Shown here: positions 41,207 to 54,400 of the stretch, piece by piece
Layout: each line of letters opens with the position of its first letter
How positions within the stretch are numbered: the first letter of the stretch is position 1
Assembly: GCA_964016885.1 (NCBI GenBank)
Contig: OZ024762.1
Coordinates: 27,714,001 to 27,778,000 of the forward strand
DNA from: Eledone cirrhosa
Lineage: Eukaryota
Length of the DNA stretch: 64,000 nucleotides
Reading direction: 5' to 3'
Made by a program: the position numbers and the translations under genes
The notes under the pieces: model-generated
What the model saw: the letters and a program-made list of their open reading frames with translations, nothing else
What the model was told of the DNA's origin: nothing
Databases searched by the model: none

Positions 41207-43666
41207 ATGCTAATCAAAGACCAACTCCCCATGTCAACCAAGAACATACCAATACCATCCAGGAATACATATGAGAAATTGCTGATCAACAGTGTAAATT
41301 CATTTATCAATAGAGTGAGATGGAGGACATTCCATTATGATAGAAACAAATCTAACAACTTGAATAATACTAACAATTTTGACTCCTTCGGCTTTAAAAC
41401 CTTTAAAAGCCCCCCTCATAACACTCTACTTAACTCCTTTGAAAATGACCTAGTTAAACTAGTTAAGAACATTAAATACAATAAGCACCATATTAGAAGC
41501 AACACCTTCTTAAACAAACTTAACACTTCTATTAGTGGATTCAAAACTAGTAATAAAATTATTGTACACGCAGATAAAACTAATAACATATACAGCCTAG
41601 ATTATATTACTTATAGAAAGTTTATATATAATGAACTACATAAAAGCTACAAAAAAACCACCTTGAAAAACTTAGAAGATATTAATGTAGAGGGTTATAA
41701 TATAGTGTCTAAACTAGGACTACAGAGGCATACACAACCTTTCACTCCGAACCCCCCTAGATTCTCTCTGAAGGACCATAAGGAGAACTTCATCAGCAAC
41801 CCCACGATAAGACTTATCTGCCCTTCCAAGTCCGACATTGGTATTATCAGCAAGAAGATTTTGGATAAAATCATCCCACAAATTAAACACAAGATACACC
41901 TTAAACAATGGGGAAATACGGGTGAAGTAATTGAATGGTTTAAGGATATCAAGAATAATAAGAACAAAAAATTTATTCAATTTGATATCAATTCATACTA
42001 CACCTCTATTTCCCCTATCCTATTAAATAAGGCACTTATCATGGCCATGACCAATAGCGACCTGACTAGAGCCCAGGTTGATGTCATCCTTGCGGCCCGT
42101 AAAACCATAATCACCTTCGAGGACCAACTATGGACACGCAAGGATACGCACAACAACTTCGACATAACCATGGGATCTAGTGACTCGGCGCAGGTCACTG
42201 ATTTGGTCGGCCTATACCTCCTCAATGAAATCCATAAAGACCTCCCTTACCTCAACGGTGGTTTGTACCGCGATGATGCACTTCTACTCATAGAATATAA
42301 AAAATTTAATATAGAAAGAACTAGAAAACAACTGCATAAGACATTCAAAAACTTTAACCTTAGTATCACCATGGACAAAAACACTAAAAATGTTAACTTC
42401 CTAGACGCCACACTATACCTAGACTCAAAAATATATACACCCTTCCATAAGCCTAATGAGAAACTTATTTACGTAGATACCAAGTCTAATCACCCTAGAT
42501 CAATATTAAACTCTATCTCTAAGGGGGTGTCCAATAGAATCTCTAGTCTGTCCTATGACGCAAACATATTTAGCAAAAACTCACAATATTACAATCAAGC
42601 ATTAGCTAGCTCCGGCCATAATATAGAAATTGAGTTCCTACCTAAGAAAACACATAGCTACAACATCATCTCGCACAACATGTCCATGAGGAAATCTAAT
42701 AATAGGAATAGCAACCACAAGTACACCAAAGCGGAGGGTGCCACCGGAAGTAACCATTACCATGGAAACTACTGTGAGGCTTTAGGAGGAAGCAACACAC
42801 CAAACACTAAAAGCAAAAATAGAAGAAGAAATAATACATTTTTCAACCCTCCTTTCAACCTAAATGTCTCCACCAACATACCCAGGGCTTTCTTCTCACT
42901 ACTAGATAAAAACTTCCCTCTAGGACACAAGTACCACAACCTCTTAAACAAAAACACCATTAAAATCTCATACTCCACGACGCCTAACTTAGCATACCAC
43001 ATAGCTAGCAGCAATAATAGTAAAATTAGTTCTTACTTCCAACAAACAAAATCGCAACGGGATGCAAACCCTCTAAATACCACTGTAGCAAGCAACAATA
43101 GCAACGGCAGTAACAATAGAAATAACACTAGTATAAGTAATAACACCAGGGTTGTCAACCTGAACACCCAAAATCCTATATCCACCACACAGACTTCCGC
43201 ATTGCATTATAACCAGCGGACTAACGCACAGAATAATTGTAACTGTAGAGCTAATAGAACCTGCCCTTTAGATAAAAAATGCCTAACCAAGGATGTCATA
43301 TACTCATGCACAGTCACGACTAATAACTCTTCAGAAACCTACGTAGGCTCCACTTCTAACTGCTTCAAAATTAGATATAACTCGCACATCCACTCGTTCA
43401 AAAAGCACAGCCTAGCCAACTCCACCTCACTTTCTAGCTACATACACTATCTAACATCTAAAAATAAACCATACACACTCAAATGGGAAGTGATAGGCAG
43501 CGCGACCTCGTACAAACCACCTAATAAATTCTGTAACCTCTGTATACTAGAGACACACAATATTATCTTCTCCAACCGTAACCTACTTAACAAAAAATCT
43601 GAGGTGTTTGCAACTTGCCAGCACCGCCTCAGACATTCCTTCCAAAACTTTAAGCCCTATATATAG
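41207..43666 (+). CDS. PLE reverse transcriptase-GIY-YIG endonuclease, intact 819 aa
   Basis: Protein identical to 37008-39467. Confidence 0.95.
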   Translation: MLIKDQLPMSTKNIPIPSRNTYEKLLINSVNSFINRVRWRTFHYDRNKSNNLNNTNNFDSFGFKTFKSPPHNTLLNSFENDLVKLVKNIKYNKHHIRSNTFLNKLNTSISGFKTSNKIIVHADKTNNIYSLDYITYRKFIYNELHKSYKKTTLKNLEDINVEGYNIVSKLGLQRHTQPFTPNPPRFSLKDHKENFISNPTIRLICPSKSDIGIISKKILDKIIPQIKHKIHLKQWGNTGEVIEWFKDIKNNKNKKFIQFDINSYYTSISPILLNKALIMAMTNSDLTRAQVDVILAARKTIITFEDQLWTRKDTHNNFDITMGSSDSAQVTDLVGLYLLNEIHKDLPYLNGGLYRDDALLLIEYKKFNIERTRKQLHKTFKNFNLSITMDKNTKNVNFLDATLYLDSKIYTPFHKPNEKLIYVDTKSNHPRSILNSISKGVSNRISSLSYDANIFSKNSQYYNQALASSGHNIEIEFLPKKTHSYNIISHNMSMRKSNNRNSNHKYTKAEGATGSNHYHGNYCEALGGSNTPNTKSKNRRRNNTFFNPPFNLNVSTNIPRAFFSLLDKNFPLGHKYHNLLNKNTIKISYSTTPNLAYHIASSNNSKISSYFQQTKSQRDANPLNTTVASNNSNGSNNRNNTSISNNTRVVNLNTQNPISTTQTSALHYNQRTNAQNNCNCRANRTCPLDKKCLTKDVIYSCTVTTNNSSETYVGSTSNCFKIRYNSHIHSFKKHSLANSTSLSSYIHYLTSKNKPYTLKWEVIGSATSYKPPNKFCNLCILETHNIIFSNRNLLNKKSEVFATCQHRLRHSFQNFKPYI

Positions 43667-45098
43667 CAATGTCGGACTGGAACCTAACACCACATCTAGC
43701 ATCAAACACCAGGGACACACCCTATACTACATACCCAACACTAACTGATCCATTATAACACAAACAACGACATCCCTCTGGAACCCTTCGCAGGGAAAAT
43801 ACCCATTTATACCTCTACGGCAGGTGTGACAACATCCACCCACCTGGACGGCACTACACCGCTCTAAGGGTAATTTGAGCATGAATTGATCGGTTGGATG
43901 GTGTTGGGCAGAGGAAACACCTTCCTTAGACAGATGTAAAATGATTTAATCGAGTAGCGCTGTTGACCAGTAGGACCAGGCTGCTGAGCGCAGTGAGTGA
44001 ATGCAATGCAACTGCCGTGCGGGTTGTACGTATATGGATGATCTGACGGTCAGAGAGGGGTCGCGAGGACTGCGGATTGACCTTTGGCCTGCCTGGGGAT
44101 GATTATCTTTCGACATCCAATGTAGCAAGCGATGACCCAGATCTTACCAGAGATCATTGGGTCCTGAAGCAATCCTGCAATCACCGCGCCTGGTCATATG
44201 AGCAGACTACAACCACAGAGATCATTAATTTAGAATCCTCGCTCATCATCTATAATTTCCATTTGTAGCACCTTAAGATGGGTTAATCCACCTTAATAAT
44301 AATATGATCACCTTCAGCATAATTTAGTTAAACTACCCTATAGTTAGTACACTTTATGCTTTAAAAGTCTCTCTTGGAAGGTGCACCTCACCATAGAATT
44401 TAGGGTCTATATTGGGACACATTTTAATGGCTAGATATAGAAACCCCAGAGTTACCTCCCCGCATGCATTAACTCCCCTTAGCCACACACACACTTCCGG
44501 TATTCAATGGCGTCTCTCGAAACGTAACAACCTCCTGTATCGAACTAAGGAACACCAGACTACGATCTCTAACTGGATTGTCGTGGATTATGTGAAAGGC
44601 ATATAATCGAAATATACACTCCCTTGACCATGAAAATACCGAAGTACATGAATTACTTGACATCCCTGCGCTGTGCATCTCCAATACTTATAACACTTTT
44701 AATGCTTGCACTATCTTTAATGCTTATAATATTTCTCCACACACAGACTATATCAATCATATAAAGACTTTGCCACCAGATCTACCAACCTAACACTCTT
44801 ATTTACCTACCTAAGTGCCTCTACCACACCTATCTCTCTGCCACACTATATAAACAAGACGCACATGCGTGCCACACATATAACATTTGCACTATATAAC
44901 CACTTATCTTCATGTTGTACTTTAACCTATATCTTTGATTTTTGATTGTACCTATTAATATAAATGTAATCTCGAAGTGTGTACTGCCACTCTAAATTCT
45001 GTAATGAATGTTGACCCACAATGTTTGAATATGTATCAATGTTTGAATATGTATTGGTATGTCTCTCGGCTGAAAGGGAGGTCATATAACTGTCCATG

Positions 45099-45164
45099 CA
45101 TTAATAAATTGCTCCGAAGAATCCAAACCTCGGTTTGGAGGAAACAGCTGTAAGCACAATAATG
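45099..45164 (+). ncRNA. Hammerhead (CCGAAGA core), PLE C
   Basis: Same motif as 36701-36766, +8398. Confidence 0.7.
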
Positions 45165-45380
45165 TTTTGAACAGTTCTTTGATTCTTATATTTCATATAA
45201 CTGCTCTGTAAATCATCTGATGTTTTTACATTGAGCTACTTAACTTACTGGTAATAAGGTAGTAATACATTACTGCCTACCACTATTTAGGGTGTGTGTA
45301 AAATACTTACAACTGCTTAAGGTTTTGTGTTTACATAACCATAAATAGTATAACTAATACTATATATATATATATATATG

Positions 45381-45520
<140 letters not shown>

Positions 45521-45528
45521 TATAATAT

Positions 45529-45608
<80 letters not shown>

Positions 45609-45626
45609 TATATACATATATATATA

Positions 45627-46183
<557 letters not shown>

Positions 46184-46211
46184 TATACATATTTTTATAT
46201 ATATATATATA

Positions 46212-46251
<40 letters not shown>

Positions 46252-46258
46252 TATATAT

Positions 46259-46704
46259 ACGATATTAAATAAATGGAAACTATATTTATAAAACCATATT
46301 TATTTCATTATATATATTTCAGGGATATCATATTAAAAATATGGTATGCCTTCATCAGACAAAATACAATATAAACAGTCTTATAAATAGATAGATTTGA
46401 CATACCTTACACTTCAACTTCCATTTAAAAAGTTGATTTTTGACTTTTTAAATGGAAGTTGAAGTGTAAGGTATGTCAAATCTATCTATTTATAAGACTG
46501 TTTATATTGTATTTTGTCTGATGAAGGCATACCATATTTTTAATATGATATCCCTGAAATATATATAATGAAATAAATATGGTTTTATAAATATAGTTTC
46601 CATTTATTTAATATCGTAAATATACTCCAAATACTTGTTGAGTGCTTTTATATCAGTTATAAATATTTACTCGTTGTAACCCAACAATTTAAATAAAACT
46701 TTGC
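46259..46704. mobile_element. Palindromic pLTR-only insertion related to PLE family A, with hammerheads at 46301-46366 (-) and 46510-46575 (+)
   Basis: Arms 46259-46433/46443-46617; tattttgt-CTGATGA-aggcataccatat..atatgatatccct-GAAA-tatata-TA-atgaaata. Confidence 0.8.
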
Positions 46705-46708
46705 ATAT

Positions 46709-46745
<37 letters not shown>

Positions 46746-46749
46746 AAAT

Positions 46750-46800
<51 letters not shown>

Positions 46801-46842
46801 TATATATATATATATATAAAATATATATATATATATATAAAA

Positions 46843-46887
<45 letters not shown>

Positions 46888-46897
46888 TATATATATA

Positions 46898-46960
<63 letters not shown>

Positions 46961-46967
46961 AAATATA

Positions 46968-47345
46968 ATATATAAGAACAAAAGATGGTTAAAAGAGTTC
47001 CATGTATTTTATTATGCGCATTTCAAAAACAAATATCATCATGCAATAATATTTGTGTTTTCATGAAGGTTAAAAAACACTTGTGGATAGTTCAGTTTTA
47101 AAACAACTCAACTATCCACAAGTGTTTTTAACCTTCATATCATGTCCTCCTGTTTTATCTGATGAAAACACAAATATTATTGCATGATGATATTTGTTTT
47201 TGAAATGCGCATAATAAAATACATGGAACTCTTTTAACCATCTTTTGTTCTTATATATTATGTATACTCCAGTCCTACAAACTGTAGAGTGCTTCTTATC
47301 CGATATCTGCATTGCTTTATTGTACTACAATAAAACTCACCTCCT
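46968..47345. mobile_element. Small inverted-arm insertion carrying a hammerhead
   Basis: 46968-47064 is the reverse complement of about 47162-47258; 47061-47092 is the reverse complement of about 47110-47138; flanked by (TA)n. Confidence 0.75.
47151..47221 (+). ncRNA. Type I hammerhead ribozyme
   Basis: tgttttat-CTGATGA-aaacacaaatatt..gatatttgttttt-GAAA-tgcgca-TA-ataaaata; palindromic stem III ATGCGCAT. Confidence 0.85.
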
Positions 47346-47367
47346 ACATATATAAAATATATATATA

Positions 47368-48620
47368 TATATGTCCCAAATGCAAAGTATGGGTGCATAA
47401 AAGATGTAGTGGGATCACAGGTAAGCTAACTAAGAACATAGATTTTACATGTGGCCGGTGCTCTGGTGCAATAAGTAGCAGCAAGTGCCCACAAAATACT
47501 AGCTCCTTCAACTGCGCAGAGGGTTCTATAGAAATAGTGGACAGCTTCCGTTACCTGGGTGACAAAATCAGCAGTGGGGGAGGGTGCTCTGAAAGTACAG
47601 TAGCTAGAGTCAGAACTGGATGGAAAAAGTTCAGAGAGCTTATACCACTATTAGCCGCTAGAGGGTTCTCCCTAAAAATGAAAGGCAGATTATACGATGC
47701 CTGCATACGAACAGCAATGCTGCATGGCAGTGAGACCTGGGCATTGTGTGCAGAGGATATACGCAGACTAGAGAGGAACGAAGCTTGCATGCTCCGCTGG
47801 ATGTGCAATAGTAATATACGTGAACGGCAAAGCATAAACGAACTAAGGAAAAAAAAATTAGAAATAAGAGGGATCAGATGTTGTTTACTCGAGAGAAGGC
47901 TACGTTGGTATGGACACGTGATGCGCATGAAAGTCGATAGCTGTATAACAAAGTGCAGGGCAATAAAGATAGACGGTAGCCACGAAGTAGGCAGACCCAG
48001 AAAAACATGGGACGAGCTGATAAATTGCGACCTCACACGCTTACACCTCTCCAAGACGATGTCACTGGACCGAGACCTTTGGCGGTACTCAGTAATAGAG
48101 AAGACCCGCCTTACCTAAATACAAAGTAAAAACCTACTACAGTCAGTAGGCATCTCTATCAAAACACACCCCCGTCCCACCACCTCCACCCCATCCACAC
48201 CGCCCCTTTCAATGTAAAGTTATGTTGGTCCCACAACATCCAGGCCGAAACAAATGAGATCGTGTAGGTGTCACGACAAAAAACACACAGTCCACGCTGT
48301 AAATGTGGCCGTGTAGGCAACACGGTAAAAACCTCCCAGCCCCACACTGTAAATGTGGTTGGTGTTAGGAAGGGCATCCAGCTGTAGAAAACCGGCCAGA
48401 CAGTCCACCCTGTAATGTGGCCGTGTAGGCAACACGGTAAAAACCTCCCAGCCCCACACTGTAAATGTGGTTGGTGTTAGGAAGGGCATCCAACTGTAGA
48501 AAACCCGCCAGACAGTCCCATGCGAGCAAGACAACCACTCTTGCCTCAAGTGGGAAAACCCCCGTCCAAACCCATGCCAGCGTGGAACACGGACGCTAAA
48601 CCTGATGATGATGATGATGA
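47368..48620 (+). mobile_element. 5'-truncated RTE-clade LINE (C-terminal ORF to 48118, tandem-repeated 3' UTR, (GAT)n tail)
   Basis: CPKCKVWVHKRC..CGRC, FRYLG, LHGSETW, RRLRWYGHVMRM, GRPRKTW; about 120-bp UTR repeats; GATGATGAT at 48604-48620. Confidence 0.9.
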
Positions 48621-48765
48621 TATATAATATATACATATATATATATATAATATATACTTATATATATATGTATGTATAATATATACTTATATATATATGT
48701 ATGTATAATATATACTTATATATATATGTATGTATAATATATACTTATATATATATGTGTGTATA

Positions 48766-48856
<91 letters not shown>

Positions 48857-49079
48857 TATATATATATATATATATGGGACTCAAGTATTTTTATCTTATA
48901 TATATATATTATATATATAATATATATATATATATATAAAATATATATATATATGTATATAAAATATATATATATATAAAAAATATATATATATATAAAA
49001 TATATAGAAATATAAAATATATATATATATAAAATATATATATATATATAAAATATATATAAAATATATATATATATAT

Positions 49080-49139
<60 letters not shown>

Positions 49140-49143
<4 letters not shown>

Positions 49144-49262
49144 AGGCGTGTGGCTGAGTGGTTAGAGAATTGGATTCGCAATCGTAGGGTTGTGAGTTCG
49201 ATTCCTGGACCAGGTGATGCGTTATGTCCTTGAGAAAGACACTTTATTTCACGTTGCTCCTT
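49140..49262 (+). mobile_element. tRNA-derived SINE head with CORE-like segment
   Basis: A-box TGGCTGAGTGG, B-box GAGTTCGATTCC, then TGTCCTTGAGAAAGACACTTTA. Confidence 0.75.
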
Positions 49263-49790
49263 CTACCTGGAGTTGCGACCAATAGATAGTATTAGCAATT
49301 GGAAAGACCAACGGAAACATTGTTCCCTCAGTCCGATTTGACGAAAGTCGATCGTTCCTTTTAATATATATAAAATATGTATATAAAATATATATATATA
49401 TAAAATATGTATATAAAATATATATATATATATAAAATATATATATATAATATATATATATATAAAATATGTATATAAAATATATATATATATAAAATAT
49501 ATATGTAGAGATAGATATATATATAAAATATATATATATATATAGATATAGTGTAAGGTTAATATATCTGAGGGTACAATGTGCCCCCAGAAATACAGGG
49601 TTGTCTATGATTCAAGGTGGTTCGATGGTAATAATTTGATATACCAGAACTTAATATGAAGATAAGCAGAACAAGTAAATTACTTGTTCTGCTTATCTTC
49701 ATATATATAGATATATATATAAAATATATATATATAGATATATATATAAAATATATATATATATATACAATATATATTATATATATATAT

Positions 49791-51184
49791 ATATTTCGTT
49801 TCTGAATTTGTTTAGCAAGATTCTTTATCTGAAATCGTGTGTTGAAACCAATATTGTTATACTTTGGGAGGGTCATGTTGCCAATAAGAAACACACGCAC
49901 CAGTTGCTTTCACTTCAATTTATTATATATTTATAAATTTATAAATTTATAAATCTATAAATTTCTGGTTGGTTGGTTGGTTCCACAACCAGATAGTTGT
50001 TTATATATATAGTCATAGTTCTTTCGTCACACACTCTGTGACCTCTTCAGTGACTGGGGATTCCTTTCTTTGTTTCTGTGCCTCTCCTTTGTTCTGTCCT
50101 ACGCCATTTTGTTTCTATGTGTGTGTTGTGTGCTCCGTCTGCGTATGCGCCACATCCGGGTGTCTGTGTGTGTTTATGTTCATTTATTTATTTGTTTATT
50201 TACATGTTACTGGTTGGTTGTTTGTTCTATGTGTGTGTGTGTTTTCATTTTGTCCTTAATTGTAAGTTGTGATGTTGCTGTTCCACTCATATTTTCTATT
50301 TAATTTTGGTTGTAATTCTTTTATGTTTATTGCCTCCGTAATTTGTCTTTTCTGTGTGTAGATTCTATTTTTATTTCTATGTTCTCTAATTTACCCTTGT
50401 GTTCTATCTTAGCATGTTGGTAGAGTACAGATGATTCTTTATTATCTTGAAGGTCTCGCCAGTGTTCATTTATCCGTTCCCCTACACTACGAGCTGTCTC
50501 ACCTATGTACTTTATATTTTTGTCTCTACATTGTCCTTCAGTACATCTTATGCTATACACTACATTTCTAGTTTTACAGTTAATATGGGGGCTTATTTTA
50601 CAGGTTATACATTTCTTATCTATACATGAGGGTCTTTGAAAAGGGTATGTCTTGCTAATAAGTGTTTTTACGGAGGTACCTGGTCTTTCTACTATCTTAA
50701 TATTGAGTTTATGTTTATTTAGGGCCCTTCTAAATTTGTAAGCTAATTCACCTCTAGGGGTTGTATTGATGAACATTACACTCTGGTATTTATTGCTATC
50801 ATACCATGAGTTTATTCTATTAGCCTTGTTCCTAGTTCTTTGTAAATAAACAAATAAATAAATGAACATAAACACACACAGACACCCGGATGTGGCGCAT
50901 GCGCAGACGGAGCACACAACACACACACAGAAACAAAATGGCGTAGGACAGAACAAAGGAGAGGCACAGAAAGAAAGAAAGGAATCCCCAGTCACTGAAG
51001 AGGTCACAGAGTGTGTGACGAAAGAACTATGACTATATATAAACAACTATCTGGTTGTGGAACCAACCAACCAACCAGAAATTTATAGATTTATAAATTT
51101 ATAAATTTATAAATATATAATAAATTGAAGTGAAAGCAACTGGTGCTTGTGTTTCTTATTGGCAACATGACCCTCCCAAAGTAT

Positions 51185-51190
<6 letters not shown>
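49791..51190. mobile_element. PLE family D (Naiad-like) 3' fragment on minus strand 49791-50840 with inverted pLTR arm 50841-51190
   Basis: Minus ORF part 50327-50840: SVMFINTTPRGELA..KIVERPG..CIDKKCITC..C..RNVVYSIRC..C..YIGETARSVGERINEH; arms are reverse complements. Confidence 0.8.
50990..51034 (+). ncRNA. Minimal type I hammerhead (PLE D; inverted copy at 50011-50055)
   Basis: agtca-CTGAAGA-g-gtcaca-gagtg-tgtgac-GAAA-gaac-TA-tgact. Confidence 0.8.
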
Positions 51191-51248
<58 letters not shown>

Positions 51249-51307
51249 TATAATATATATATAATATATATATATATATAATATATATATAATATATATA
51301 TATATAT

Positions 51308-51340
<33 letters not shown>

Positions 51341-51367
51341 AAATATATATATATATATATATATAAA

Positions 51368-51399
<32 letters not shown>

Positions 51400-51432
51400 T
51401 ATATATATATATAAAATATATATATATCAAAA

Positions 51433-51480
<48 letters not shown>

Positions 51481-51485
<5 letters not shown>

Positions 51486-54400
51486 ATAAATGCTCTGAAA
51501 TAGCGATATATATATGAATATAGACATAGAATATTCGAAAATATTCTGTATGTTTATAATAAACATTTTGAAGACCTAATCGCTATAGAATAGAATACGT
51601 CACGTATTACAATTAGATTCTCGATAAAAGCAAGGGAAGTAATCTACGCGTTTCATTCTTGTTAGAATTCATCAGGACTACATATCCAGTGCTTTTATCG
51701 AGAATGACACAGCTAGAGACTTATAGAATACTTAGCTGTGTACAGGAACTGGTTTGAAAGAGCGGTTGCCGGTCCGGCAGAAATTAGAAATTGGAATAAA
51801 TGCTCTGAAATAGCGATATATATATGAATATAGACATAGAATATTCGAAAATATTCTGTATGTTTATAATAAACATTTTGAAGACCTAATCGCTATAGAA
51901 TAGAATACGTCACGTATTACAATTAGATTCTCGATAAAAGCAAGGGAAGTAATCTACGCGTTTCATTCTTGTTAGAATTCATCAGGACTACATATCCAGT
52001 GCTTTTATCGAGAATGACACAGCTAGAGACTTATAGAATACTTAGCTGTGTACAGGAACTGGTTTGAAAGAGCGGTTGCCGGTCCGGCAGAAATTAGAAA
52101 TTGGAATAAATGCTCTGAAATAGCGATATATATATGAATATAGACATAGAATATTCGAAAATATTCTGTATGTTTATAATAAACATTTTGAAGACCTAAT
52201 CGCTATAGAATAGAATACGTCACGTATTACAATTAGATTCTCGATAAAAGCAAGGGAAGTAATCTACGCGTTTCATTCTTGTTAGAATTCATCAGGACTA
52301 CATATCCAGTGCTTTTATCGAGAATGACACAGCTAGAGACTTATAGAATACTTAGCTGTGTACAGGAACTGGTTTGAAAGAGCGGTTGCCGGTCCGGCAG
52401 AAATTAGAAATTGGAATAAATGCTCTGAAATAGCGATATATATATGAATATAGACATAGAATATTCGAAAATATTCTGTATGTTTATAATAAACATTTTG
52501 AAGACCTAATCGCTATAGAATAGAATACGTCACGTATTACAATTAGATTCTCGATAAAAGCAAGGGAAGTAATCTACGCGTTTCATTCTTGTTAGAATTC
52601 ATCAGGACTACATATCCAGTGCTTTTATCGAGAATGACACAGCTAGAGACTTATAGAATACTTAGCTGTGTACAGGAACTGGTTTGAAAGAGCGGTTGCC
52701 GGTCCGGCAGAAATTAGAAATTGGAATAAATGCTCTGAAATAGCGATATATATATGAATATAGACATAGAATATTCGAAAATATTCTGTATGTTTATAAT
52801 AAACATTTTGAAGACCTAATCGCTATAGAATAGAATACGTCACGTATTACAATTAGATTCTCGATAAAAGCAAGGGAAGTAATCTACGCGTTTCATTCTT
52901 GTTAGAATTCATCAGGACTACATATCCAGTGCTTTTATCGAGAATGACACAGCTAGAGACTTATAGAATACTTAGCTGTGTACAGGAACTGGTTTGAAAG
53001 AGCGGTTGCCGGTCCGGCAGAAATTAGAAATTAGAAATTAGAAATTGGAATAAAAGCACTGGATATGTAGTCCTGATGAATTCTAACAAGAATGAAACGC
53101 GTAGATTACTTCCCTTGCTTTTATCGAGAATCTAATTGTAATACGTGACGTATTCTATTCTATAGCGATTAGGTCTTCAAAATGTTTATTATAAACATAC
53201 AGAATATTTTCGAATATTCTATGTCTATATTCATATATATATCGCTATTTCAGAGCATTTATTCCAATTTCTAATTTCTGCCGGACCGGCAACCGCTCTT
53301 TCAAACCAGTTCCTGTACACAGCTAAGTATTCTATAAGTCTCTAGCTGTGTCATTCTCGATAAAAGCACTGGATATGTAGTCCTGATGAATTCTAACAAG
53401 AATGAAACGCGTAGATTACTTCCCTTGCTTTTATCGAGAATCTAATTGTAATACGTGACGTATTCTATTCTATAGCGATTAGGTCTTCAAAATGTTTATT
53501 ATAAACATACAGAATATTTTCGAATATTCTATGTCTATATTCATATATATATCGCTATTTCAGAGCATTTATTCCAATTTCTAATTTCTGCCGGACCGGC
53601 AACCGCTCTTTCAAACCAGTTCCTGTACACAGCTAAGTATTCTATAAGTCTCTAGCTGTGTCATTCTCGATAAAAGCACTGGATATGTAGTCCTGATGAA
53701 TTCTAACAAGAATGAAACGCGTAGATTACTTCCCTTGCTTTTATCGAGAATCTAATTGTAATACGTGACGTATTCTATTCTATAGCGATTAGGTCTTCAA
53801 AATGTTTATTATAAACATACAGAATATTTTCGAATATTCTATGTCTATATTCATATATATATCGCTATTTCAGAGCATTTATTCCAATTTCTAATTTCTG
53901 CCGGACCGGCAACCGCTCTTTCAAACCAGTTCCTGTACACAGCTAAGTATTCTATAAGTCTCTAGCTGTGTCATTCTCGATAAAAGCACTGGATATGTAG
54001 TCCTGATGAATTCTAACAAGAATGAAACGCGTAGATTACTTCCCTTGCTTTTATCGAGAATCTAATTGTAATACGTGACGTATTCTATTCTATAGCGATT
54101 AGGTCTTCAAAATGTTTATTATAAACATACAGAATATTTTCGAATATTCTATGTCTATATTCATATATATATCGCTATTTCAGAGCATTTATTCCAATTT
54201 CTAATTTCTGCCGGACCGGCAACCGCTCTTTCAAACCAGTTCCTGTACACAGCTAAGTATTCTATAAGTCTCTAGCTGTGTCATTCTCGATAAAAGCACT
54301 GGATATGTAGTCCTGATGAATTCTAACAAGAATGAAACGCGTAGATTACTTCCCTTGCTTTTATCGAGAATCTAATTGTAATACGTGACGTATTCTATTC

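Noticed and set aside
49140-49215. Functional tRNA gene
   Set aside because: Acceptor stem does not close and the sequence continues into a SINE body
50841-51046. N-terminal part of the 239-aa ORF 50327-51046
   Set aside because: It is the antisense read of the inverted pLTR arm fused by the inversion; only 50327-50840 is PLE protein
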